NCBI RefSeq assembly: GCF_030684315.1
Contig: NC_081361.1
Span: 41,399,045 to 41,463,044, forward strand
Source of the DNA: Stegostoma tigrinum
Taxonomy: Eukaryota
Reading direction: 5' to 3'
Length of the DNA: 64,000 nt
Positions within the stretch are counted from its first letter, which is position 1. Each line of letters begins with the position of its first letter. This document shows, one piece after another, positions 1 to 11,500 of this stretch. The notes beneath the pieces are model-generated. The model was not told the origin of the DNA, searched no databases, and was given only the letters and a program-made list of their open reading frames with translations. The translations under genes and the position numbers were made by a program.

Positions 1-700
1 CCTGTTGTGCCAGATTTGTAGCCTAACTCCATATTCCTGTCTTTGCCTTTCCATAAATTTGGGATTTTGAAAAACTGAGCTAGCATCAAATGCCATTTGC
101 GATGTAACAGAGTGACAAACTTTTATAGTCCTTTGTGAGCAGAAATGTTTCCAAATTTCACACTTGAAAAGCTCTTATTTTTTCTGGTCCGAGATCTATA
201 ACCATCAGAAATAGTTTATTCTTTATTGATTCCCCTTTGAATCTTGAAAATGCTGATAACTCAAAATATCCTTCCTAAGATATGGTGCCCAATATTAAAC
301 ACAATAGTCCAGGCATTTAACTAGGGCATTGTATGTTATAGCATTTCTTCTATCTTTTTCATCTATAGTCCTGCAGATAAATACCATGTCTCTTTTTGTT
401 TAAAATGTCATGGACAGGTATAATGATTAATGCACATAGATAACTAAGTGTCCATGGACTATTGACACCTCTAGCTTTTCACCTTTTAGAAAGTACTCTT
501 GACATATCCTTTTTTGGATCCAATTGGATGATCTCACACTTGATATCAATTTGTCAGTTTTTTTTCCTCATTCATTTAGTCTATTACTATCTCTTTTTAC
601 TTTTAATTCAGGAACCAGCATTTTCACCAGTGTCTCATCCATGTGGCCATTCTTCACATCTAAATTAAAGTCAAATAAAGTTATTTAACCTAATATTCAC
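1..700 (-). mobile_element. Highly degraded CR1-like fragment
   Basis: Weak similarity to reversed CR1 ORF2 3' region (tatggtgcccaa...acaatagtccagg; ggatgatctcacactt). Confidence 0.45.
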
Positions 701-1864
701 ACATATATACTTGCTAAAAGGAGTCATGAAAAAGTAATCAAAACAATTTTGCTTTACTTCAGAGTGCTGACCAATTCAGCATGAAGCACGAAATTATCAC
801 ACCTATGTAGCAGTTTCACATCAAGTAGGTATTGTACTCATTTACGGAAGTCATGGAGAGATGTATTTTGATGACAATCTGGGAAAATGCCCTATAGTCG
901 ATGTACTTCTCTGGGTAACCACTTTTTCCTAAAATTGGTGATCCTTGTAGTCTTCGTAAAATCGCAGACTCTTGTTTCAAGCCTTTTTCAGTTTTCCAGT
1001 TTCAGCAGTATTCTTTTTTTTACTTTTTAATACTGAGAAGTGAATAATAAGAATGGAAGTCATATTTATTTGAAGCAGAGCATTGTTGGCTCATTCAGAT
1101 AGATTTTACAGTCAGATATTGGCCAAATAAACTTTTCTTGTCTCTCTTCATTCTTTCATAAACAAAAAGCTCTCTGATACTCATAAGCCTTGGCAGTAAG
1201 ACCAAACAAGTCTTTTCACACAAACAGAAACCATAAATTGCTGGAGAAACTCTGCAGCAATGGCAGCATCTACGGAAACAAAAGAGAGTTAATGTTTGGA
1301 ATCTTGTGACCTGTCTTAAGGTCATTTTATCTTAGGGGGTGGTGCAGTGCTTGGAACGGGGGAAAACAGGAAGACAAATTGATGTTGGACATGGGCAGAA
1401 TTTTCCACCTGAGATCACTGTGAAATACCTGTTTTTCCACAATCTGTGGGCCAGTGCAAAAGGACTCAGTTGCAGCCCTTCAATGGGAGGAATGCACATT
1501 GAGGCCTGTGAAGAGAGGAAATAATTGATTTTTTGGGAAAGGTGGGATGTGTATTACACTGAAAATAATCTACCTTATAGGTTACTTTCCAAATCTATCA
1601 TTTGTGCAATGCAGGAATGAACCCATGTCTCACTAGTCAACAGCATTAAGGAGCACAAGTAAGGTCTAACAGTATTAATTGTTCAATCCGATCTGGCGTT
1701 CTTTGCTACAATTCTTTATCCTACCAATGTCTGAACGTCAGTTGGTATGAATTATTTTGAAAGTATTTCAAGCCAGAAGCAGGGGTATCTGGTAGAAATC
1801 TTTTTGTCCTACTCTAGAGCTTCAGCATGATAAACCCTATTTTCCTGTGGTACAAAAGAGAGAG

Positions 1865-2200
1865 AGTGGTGCATTGTCAGAGAACCTGCATTTCAGACGA
1901 GGTATTTGACTGAGGCTCCACCTGCCTTCTCAGGTGGGTTATAGAAGCTTCCACAGCGAGATTTTAAAGAAGATTACGAGAATTATTTTAGATATTCTGA
2001 CCAAATTTTAATCAACAGTCTCAATCGAAATTTTTTAAAAAGTATCTGTTATCACATTGCTGTTTGTTGGAACTTTTGGCTGCAAATTGGTGGTCACATT
2101 TTCTACACAATACAGCTGCAACTACTCTTCAAAAGGTAAAGCACTTTGAGATGCTCAGTGATTGTGAAAGGTGCCATATGAATACAAGTCTTTTTTTCTT
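1865..2200 (+). mobile_element. Deu-domain SINE (SacSINE1/AmnSINE-like) remnant
   Basis: tttcagacgaggt...atcacattgctgtttgttggaac...aaagcactttgagatg...gtgaaaggtgccatatgaatacaagtc; a second remnant lies at about 60290-60555. Confidence 0.6.
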
Positions 2201-2679
2201 TCCTTGCATCACTTGACCACTTGTGGAAAAACAGTGGAACGCAGGAACAGGCGATTTCAATATTAGATTTTATCACAAAGAAGGGTATACAAAAGTGCAA
2301 GTTTGAAGTAGACCAATACATACTTTGAGAGACAGAGTGCAGCAAGGCTGGGATCATATACTATAATTGTTAAATATTAGCTATTATACTATCAGCTATT
2401 GTTAAATGTATGTATGTATGCAACATACACAAATGACATAAATTATATAATGCGTATGCATCACCTGACTCTCCAAGCCAAATGCTTGAAGGGATATAAC
2501 TTAATATTTGTCCTTTAAGTTCTTAGAAGGGTTTTAAATGGATGTTAAATGTTTTCACTTGGCTGCCGCACCTAACCTGTCATCCATAAAGTAAAACAAC
2601 AGAGTTAAGCAAAGTGACATTGTGACAAAACTTAATAAGCAACATTCTGATAATTGGTCACCATGCATCAGGTGAAGCA

Positions 2680-3010
2680 AGGGAAGACAGTGGCCTAGTG
2701 TTTTATTGCTAGACTATTAATTCGGATACTCAGGTCTTGTTCTGGGAGACCTAGGTTTGAACCTGGCCATGGCAGATGGTGGAATTTGAATCAATTAAAA
2801 GTCTAATGATGACCATGAAACCCTTGTCAGGGGAAAACCCCATCTAGTTCACTAACGCTCTTTAAAGGAAAAACAACTGTTATCCTTACCTTGTCTATGT
2901 GTAATTCCAGATCCACAGCTATGTCGTTGACTGTCAGCCGCCCTCTCAACAACTACAGATGGGCAACGAATGCTGGTCTAACCAGTGACACCCACATCCA
3001 ATGAATAATT
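2680..3010 (+). mobile_element. tRNA-derived SINE with L2-like tail (second shark SINE family)
   Basis: A/B boxes, then ggcagatggtggaatttgaa...gatgaccatgaaacc...cccatctagttcactaa...gatgggcaa...atgaataa. Related copies at about 58075-58400 (+), 37180-37590 (-), 5860-6060 (-) and 20400-20630 (-). Confidence 0.75.
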
Positions 3011-5198
3011 TTTTTTAAAATCACTAATCAACATCCAAGACTCAAATAAGCAAAGCTAAAGGTTTAGAAAGAGAGTTGAAAGAAAAACAGTAATAGTTAT
3101 TGAGATGTATGGATTTTAAGAGCTAATATACTGTTAAATGAAGCAGAACTTACAAAATAATATTTATATGGACAATGGCCAAATGTTACATTACTTGCAA
3201 AATAATTGCAAATTTTCATTTCACCTCGTTCACATGATTGTATTCAATCGTTACAATTTACCATAGAATATATTTTTAAAAATAATTTTAGCTTCAATTT
3301 TAGCCACTAAATATTTGTGATACACAATGAGAGAGTCATAGAGTTTTACAGCATGAAAACAGACCCTTCAGTCCAACTTGTCCGCACCGACCAATTATCC
3401 TAAACTATAGTGGTGATTTACTAAAAACACACATTTCTGCAGTAAGCTATGCAGAGTCCAATCACAAATACTGTTCACAGGCTTTCTCTTTTACTGTCTT
3501 TCAGTGAAGATTTCATTGCATTTTCCTTCATATCTCTTCTTTTTGATTGTAAAATTAGAAACAGGGAGGTCCCAAAATAATTCAAAATGCAATACAATCT
3601 TAATGCATATTTTTAGTGTTCCTTTTTTAAAAAAATAATTTCTGTCACTAATTAAAACAAGCAAAATAGAAATTTATCTTTTAAGTGACCTTTATTCTCT
3701 CCATATTCTGTCACCATGACAACTATACAGCATGTTAGAGCAATTGGTAGTCAGGTCATAATGCTGAAAGCAGTTTCTATAATAGATTCTTAGATACACG
3801 CTTCACTCCCTGCTATGCTACAAGATCAACAAGGACTACAGTTTGAAATAAATAAGCTTGTCTGAGCTACGGCTACAATTAGGTACAGAAAGTTAGCCAG
3901 AGCTATGGATTTTGTAGAGGGAAGTGTGATTGGTAAAAATAATTACCCAGAATAAAAGATAAACGTGTTTTCTCTTTTTGACTGTATGATTGTAATTTGT
4001 TTCAAGTCAGCTCCTAGTTGATAATTCATTGTAAACCATCACTAGGTAACAAAAAAAATTTTCATTTCCAGTATTTAGACAAACTCAAAAAAGTATTATT
4101 GCAGCAATAGTATTTAAAAAGGTAAAATACATTCTAGCAATGTTGGAAATGTTGCCTTCAAGTTCCCTGCCATTCTGATTTGAATATATAACCACCACTG
4201 CATCTTTGTTGCTAGATCAAAGACCTGGATTTCTCTAGGCAGTACTGTTGAGGGAGCACCATTGCAAGAACCTAGCAAAGTCCAAACCCACTTCTTCAGA
4301 GCAACTAGGAACGGGCAACAACTAGAGTGCAGCATCACCAGATGTAACTGGTTCAAGAATTAGTTATTGTACATAGGTTTTGGAAAAAAATGGACTGAAG
4401 AGTACGGCAAGTATGGTGGATGGGATAATGCTATGAAAACATGATACGCTTTTTGGAACCAATGACCTTTTCCTCGAGAATGCGCAGATGTGGTGCTTCA
4501 GATAGTAATCAGCTTTTTGTGAATTAGTGTGAAGGGTTTTGCAGCTCAGTCTAATCTTGTCCTGATTAAATATTGGATAAATATGCACTTCTCAGTTAGC
4601 ATTTAAGAATATGCCAGCTAAAGCTTTGATAATGTTTCTTTCCTTAACCCAGGTGTTCCATGCCAATTCCATGTTTTTACCAGAGCTGTTCCTTCCCTAT
4701 TGCTGGGTCAAAATCCTGGAACATCTTAACAACAGAGTGCAACCCAAGGATGTCCACAGTTCAAGAAGGCAGCTCACCACTATTTTATGGCAATTAGGGA
4801 TGGGCAATAAATGCTGATAGAGTCAGCAATAACCTTGCTCCATGAATAAATAAATCTAATGATCAAAAACTGAAGTCAACTTATGATTCTGAAGGTGTGT
4901 AGTCTGATTATACCTTTGCAGTATCGTAAAGAACCTGATCTTAATAATGTGACAGAACAGGTTCAGTCGAACGCACCAATTATCTTAAAAGAATTTAAAA
5001 ATACATTTAAGTTATGTTGAAGCAACAATTTTCATCATCTTCCCAACCAATTATTCACTGACCCAAAAAGATTCCCTCAGGAGACTCTAGCACAGCAAAC
5101 TTTGCATTCATTGGCAACTTTGTCAGCATGAAATTATAGGCAGTGAGTCACAAACAAACCAAAAGAATTCTCCAACAGATTTGTACAAATACCAGGAA

Positions 5199-5204
5199 TT
5201 TATT
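5199..5204 (-). terminator. Probable TCEANC2 polyadenylation signal (AATAAA)
   Basis: TTTATT on plus, about 120 nt past the stop codon; T-rich sequence follows on the minus strand. Confidence 0.65.
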
Positions 5205-5322
5205 AATAAAGTTCGCATATTTATCATATTCAAATTCCTATGATTGAAATTAAAAAAGGCCAAAATTTAAGAAATTCACAATTTATAGGTTTATACATAA
5301 TACTTCAAGAACTCACAATGAA

Positions 5323-5511
5323 TCATTTCTTGTGGTTTTCAATAAGCTGTTTCACTGGCAGACTGTAGGTTTTAACTTGTTCTTGGACTTCAGGCTTCTG
5401 TTTTAAGCTAAAGACCAGAGTTCTTACTGTCCGTCGGTAGTTGATGTTGATCAGACGAGAACATTGATGGAAAATCTCTCGCTCTATGTTTTCAATCAGT
5501 GGGTCATCATT
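5323..5511 (-). CDS. TCEANC2: TCEANC2 terminal coding exon
   Basis: Acceptor tttctac[14 protein letters not shown]...[13 protein letters not shown]...NHKK then TGA; 189 nt; not in the ORF track. Confidence 0.95.
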   Translation of the reverse strand, partial: NDDPLIENIEREIFHQCSRLININYRRTVRTLVFSLKQKPEVQEQVKTYSLPVKQLIENHKK

Positions 5512-8500
5512 CTGTAGAAATATTAAACAGTGTACTTACGAACTTACAGTGAGTAGTTAAGATAAAGTAACAAATGATATTATGCTTTTAAATGCTAAAA
5601 GCTACATGTCCACGAAAGAAACCCTGAAGTAATGATTACAAGCCATGAAATATATTGGAGGGTTTGCCGCACATTCAATGACTAGAAGGAACAAAAAAAT
5701 GTCCATTTACACATGTCAAAAATGATTCTGCTTTTAAAGAAGTGATGTGAAAGATATGCTCGTTCCGATTAAGGCTCTCCTCTCTCAATCATAGGTTGCT
5801 CTTAGGACTTCCACTGAAAGATATCTCCTGGGATCTCCGCTACAAATAGCAAGTATGTGACAAGAAGTCACATGCAGGCTAGTTCAAATAAGGACAGCAG
5901 ATTTCCAAATCTAAAGGCTGTCAGTTAACCAGATGGATTTTTCACAAAAAATTGATAGTTTAATCATTACTGATTTTTTCAGACTCATTCATTAATTGAA
6001 TTTAATTGGGATGGGTTTCTGAAGCATTAGCCTGGGCCAATTTTGTGATAGAATACGCTATCATCCCTCAAAACTGAGCCATGACATCAATTCCAGTGTA
6101 TATATCTGACTCTTAAGTGTCTTAAAAGGAAATTATGGTTGGCAAATGAATATTAGCTTGCCTAGAGCTTTCAAAACGAAATATTCCATGTGCTGCTTCC
6201 CTAAACTCAGGAGGCTTTTGTGTACCCCTCGTCCTAATGTAAAGCAGTTAGTGAAGGGCAATAGCACCACTGCAGAATTGAAATACCCTACCCCACACAA
6301 TTGGTGGACATGCTGAAAATGAATGGGATGCCACTGCAGTTTTCATTTTCCAATTATTTTATTGTCACTCCAAGTACTGGCATTTCCTATTCTGAATTTC
6401 AAACTAATTTTCTGTTTTTAATACTGGATGCAAAAACTGGACAGAGACCAACTCCCCAGACCTCCCCCTTACTGAGGACGAATGGCTAGTTCTCAGTAAA
6501 GGGATCATCTTTGTCCCCCTCCATGCAAACATCAATGAATACTGCTCACGCTTGGACGTTGAACAGTTTTTCCACCGCCACTGCGCTTATTTCTTTAACC
6601 ATGATCCTACCCCTCCCCCTACTGACCCCTTTTCCTGGACACCACCCCAAAGCGCTCCTACCCTCCCTTGACCGTCTCTAATTGCCATCGTGACATCAAT
6701 CACCTCAACCTCTCCCCCACAGAATGTGCAGCCCTCCACTCCAATCCCAACTCACCATAAAAACCCATGGACAAGGGAGGTGCAGGTGTAGTATGAAGCA
6801 CTGACCTCTACAATCGCCGAGGCCAGGCGCCAAGTCTCTGACACCTCCTCCTACCATCCCCTTGATCACGACCCACCGACGACCACCAAAACATCATCTC
6901 CCAAACCATCCACAACCTCATCACCTCAGGTGACTTCCCACCCACAGTCTCCAACCTCATCGTTCGCCAACCCCGCATCACCCGCTTCTATCTCCTTCCC
7001 AAAATCCACAAACCCAACTGTCCTGCTTGACCCATTGTCTCTGCCTGCTCCTGCCCCACCGAACTTATCTCCAACTATCTCAACTCCATTTTCTCCCCCT
7101 TGGTCCAGGAACTCCCTACCTATGTTCGTGACACCACCCACGCCCTCCACCTCCTTGAAAACTTCCAATTCCCTGGTCCCCAACACCTCATCTTTACCAT
7201 GGACGTCCAGTCCCTATACACCTGCATTCCCCATGCAGATGGCCTGAAGGCCCTCTGCTTCATCCAATCCTGCAGGCCCAACAAGCCCCCCCCTCCACTG
7301 ACACCCTCATCTTCTTAGCCGAACTCATCCTCACCGTGAACAACTTCTCTTTCAATTCCTCCCACTTCCTACAGACAAAGGGGTTGGCCATGGGTACCCG
7401 CATAGGCCCAAGCTATGTCTGCCTCTTTGTACATTAAGTGGAACAATCCCTCTTCTGTACCTACACTGGCCCTAAACCCCACATCTTCCTCCATTACATT
7501 GATGACTGTATTGGTGCCGCCTCATGCTCCCATGAGGAGCTTGAACAGTTCATCCTCTTCATCAAAACCTTCCAGCCTAACCTTAAATTCCCCTGGACCA
7601 TCTCTGATACCTCTCTCTCCTTCCTGGATGTCTGTTTCATTTCTGGCAACCACCTGGAAACCAACATCCAGTTCAAGGCCACCGACTCCCACAGCTACCG
7701 AGAATATATCTCCTCCCACCTACCGTCCTGCAAAACTACCATGCCCAATTCCCAATTCCTTCACCTCTGCCGCATCTACTCCCTGGATGAGGCATTCCAC
7801 TCCCGAACATCTCAGATGTCTTCGTTTTTCAAGGACCACAACCTCCCCTCTTCAGTGGTCGAGAACGCACTTGACCGTGTCTCCTGCATTTCCCGCAACT
7901 CATCCCTCATACCCACTCCCTGCAATAACAACCAAAACAGAATCCCACTTGTCCTCACGTACCACCCCACCAACCTCCAGATCCAACGCATCATTCTCCA
8001 ACACTTCCGCCATTTGCAATCTGACCCTACCAAAGACATTTTCCCCTCCCCACCCTTATCTGCTTTCTGGAGCGACCACTCTCTCCGTGACTGTCTTGTC
8101 CACTCCACACTCCCCTCCATCCCCACCACCCCCTGCACTTTTCCCTGTAACTGTAGGAAGTGCTACACCTGCCCTTACATCTCCTTCTTCACCCCCATCC
8201 CAGACCCCAAGAAGACTTTCCACATCAAGCAGATGTTCACTTGCACATCTGCTAATGTGGTATACTGTATCCACTTTTCCCGTTGCGGCCTCTTCTACAT
8301 CGGGGAAACCAAGCGGAGGACCACTTTGCGGAACACCTATGCTCGGTTCACACTAAACAACTGCACCTCCCAGTCGTGAACCATTTCAACTCCCCCTCCC
8401 ATTCCTCAGACGACACGTCCATCCTGGGCCTCCTGCAGTGCCACAATGATGCCACCTGAAGCTTGCAGGAACAGTACCTCATATTTTGCTTGGGATGCCT

Positions 8501-11500
8501 GCAGCCCAATGGTATCAATGTGGACTTCACAATCTTCAAAATCCTCCCCTCCCCCTATTGTATCCCAAAACCAGCCCAGCTTGTCTACGCCTCCTAACCT
8601 GATCTTCCTCCCACGTATCCCCTCCTCCCACCTCAAGCCCCAACCCCATCTCCTATCTACTAGCCTCATCCCGCCCCCTTGACCTGTCCATCCGCCTGGA
8701 CTGATCTATCCCCTCCCTAACTCCCCACCTAAACTCACCTTTAGTGGCTCCATACCCACCTCTTTGACCGGTTTGTCTCCTCTCCACCTACCTTCTCCTC
8801 CATCCATCTTCTATCCACCTTCTCCTCTCTCCCTATTTATTTCAGAACCACCTTCCCCTCCCCCATCGGTCTAGGCCCGAAACGTCAGCTTTCCTACTCC
8901 TTAGATGCTGCATGGCCTGCTGTGTTCATCCAGCTCTGGACCTTGTAATCTCAGATTCTCCAGCATCTGCAGTTCCTACTAGCTCAGAGACCTTGGAATG
9001 CAGGTTCGTAGTTCCTTGAAAGTGAAGTTGCAGGTAGACAGGGTAGTGAAGGTGGTGTATGGTATGCTTGCCTTTATTGGTCAGTGCAATGGGTATAAGA
9101 GTTGGGGGGGACATTGCTTAGGCTATTCTTGGCATACTGCATTCAGTTCTGCTCTCCCTGCTATAGGAAAGATGTTATGAAACTTGAAACAGTTCAGAAA
9201 AGATTTGCAAGCAAGTTGCAAGGGCTGGAAGATTTGAGCTACAGCGAGATACTGAATAGGATAAGGTTATTCTCCTTGGAGCGGAGGCCGAGGGAAGACC
9301 TTATAGAAGTTTATAAAATCATGAGGGGCATGGATAGGTGAATAATCAAGGTCCTTTCTCCAGGGTAAGGGAGCCCAAAACGAGATGGCATAGGTTTAAG
9401 GTGAGGAGGGAAAAATTTAAAGCGACCCAAGGGGCAACTTTTTCATGCAGACAGTGGTGCGTGTACGGAGCGAAATGCCACAGGAAGTGGAGGAGGCTGG
9501 TACAATTACAACATTTAAAAAGGCATCTGGATGGGTCTATGAATGGGAAACTGTCTGTGTGAAGTTTGCATGTTCTCCAGGTGCTCTGGTTTCCTCCCAC
9601 AGTCTAATTTTAGCCATGGTAAACGTGGGGTTACAGTTTAGAAGGATATGGGCCAAATGCTGGAAAATAGAACTAGATTAATTCAGAATATTTGGTAGAC
9701 AGGGACGGTTGGATCAAAGGGTCTGTTTCCATTCTGTGCAGCTCAATGACTCCATAAAAGACAGCTGTAAGATTCACCTGACTTTTTTTTTCGCAGATTG
9801 AAACAATTCCCCTGAAATGCAAGTGACAAAAGAACCTTGCAGGATAGCAGATCAAAGCCTTGTGAATCAATGCCTTTCCCTGAAACCAATTAAAGATTGT
9901 CTTATCTGATTGGATGGGTTTTTCTAAAACTATGATACTTTCTCTCATTCCCTCAGATATGTTAATTTGCAGGACAGGATGTACAAAGTGGACATCAATC
10001 CTTAATTTGGAGGGGATTTTGAAGTTCCGAAAATAAAATCACATGGTGAGGCAGCCATGTTCTTGTCTGCTTTTGAGAGTCACCTAAAAGCTGTTTTACA
10101 TTTAGCTTCATGAAAGCCATCAAAATATTTTTGTTGGCCAGAAAACTGTACCACAAACAATTTGCAAGTCATCAAGCAGCCAAGGTAATAAACGATAATA
10201 TTGTGAAAACAGGATTTTCCCAGAGAGGACACCACTCCATCTGAAAACCAAACATTCTGGAAATTCAATGATAAGAAGCATCTTAATCTGCTGTGAACGT
10301 ATTACAAGACATTTACTTATCATAGAAACATAAATCCCAATCCCTACAAAGCAGGAGGCCGCCTTTTGGCCCACTGAGTCCGAACTGACCGTGTGAACTG
10401 CAACCCACCCAGACCCAGTTCCAACTGTAACCCCACGTTTACCATGGCTAAAATTAGACTGTGGGAGGAAACCAGAGCACCTGGAGAACATGCAAACTTC
10501 ACACAGACAGTTTCCCAAAGCTGGAATCAAACCTGGGTCCCTGGTGCTGAGAGCTAGCAGCGCTAACCACTGAACGATCACGCTACCCAAAAGTAACTTG
10601 GCCTGTATGGGGATCAAACTTGTGACCTTGGTGTTATAAGTACCGTGCTCTAACCTACTGAGCTTAACCGGTCACTTCAAATTGAAGTGTTGAAACAGTC
10701 CAAGACACTAATGATTTGCTAATGAGATCTGAGATCATAAATCAAAGACTGGTATAACTATGAATCTGTAAGAGTATATTAATGTCCCCTATATCTAAAT
10801 TTGATGTAACTGTGTGAGAACAGCATATGAGATGTGCATGTGCATGAACATATTAACCTCTATTTTCAAATCCTCAAAAGCTCCTTACTTAAATTACTTT
10901 GGGTTATACACTCCAAGAGTAAGAAAGGACACCTTCTTCACACAAAACATACTGATCGTGGGTAATAAACATACATTCTGTTCTGATATCACTGGATTTT
11001 TTTTGACTTACTCTTACAAATACGAAAATAAAGGTGACAGAGGGGGAAAATGTATTTTCACTCTTAAAAAAAAACAATAGAAATCTTGTTTTAGACTCTT
11101 TCATTGTAAAGTTTTACTTTTAAAATTACCTTCAGTTTCAAGGCTTCAGATAACAGTTTTCGAGCATTACTCCTAAGACATTCTGTTTTAGGATCACATC
11201 GCACCTCAATGGATTGTTTATTTCTGTTTTCTTTCATGAAAGTTTTCCACGTTGTGTCAATGGATTGAGCAAGCTCGGCCACTTCAGGGTCCGAATTTTT
11301 ACGCATCTTGTTTACTGAGTGCCCTAAGAAGTCCGGAGAAGTAAATACCAATCAGCAATAGAATTTTACAGAGAAGAATTGTTGCTGATTCTGTTTCTAG
11401 TTTAAAAATGAGCTATTGCTCGCTGCAGACAATCACAACCATTGGACATTGCATAAAAAGAGGATCACATCCTTGATCTTTTCAAGATGAAAACCTCAAA

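Noticed and set aside
760-1010. Non-repetitive stretch with an acceptor-like tttgctttacttcAG and 50-60 codon open frames on both strands; possible exon of a neighbour such as CDCP2
   Set aside because: No translation resembles a protein I recognise, and no consistent acceptor/donor pair bounds an open frame.
4400-4600. Possible conserved non-coding element (homeobox/octamer-like words, some retained CpG)
   Set aside because: Cannot be supported without a cross-species alignment.
7415-8356. 313-aa Pro/Ser/Thr-rich ORF overlapping the Penelope RT ORF (also 6930..7247, 27164..27817, 27435..28010)
   Set aside because: Shadow frames of C-rich, stop-poor Penelope sequence; not independent genes.
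10599-10673. Functional tRNA-Ile(TAT) gene
   Set aside because: Mismatches in acceptor, anticodon and T stems and a TTTG T-loop; called a pseudogene instead.
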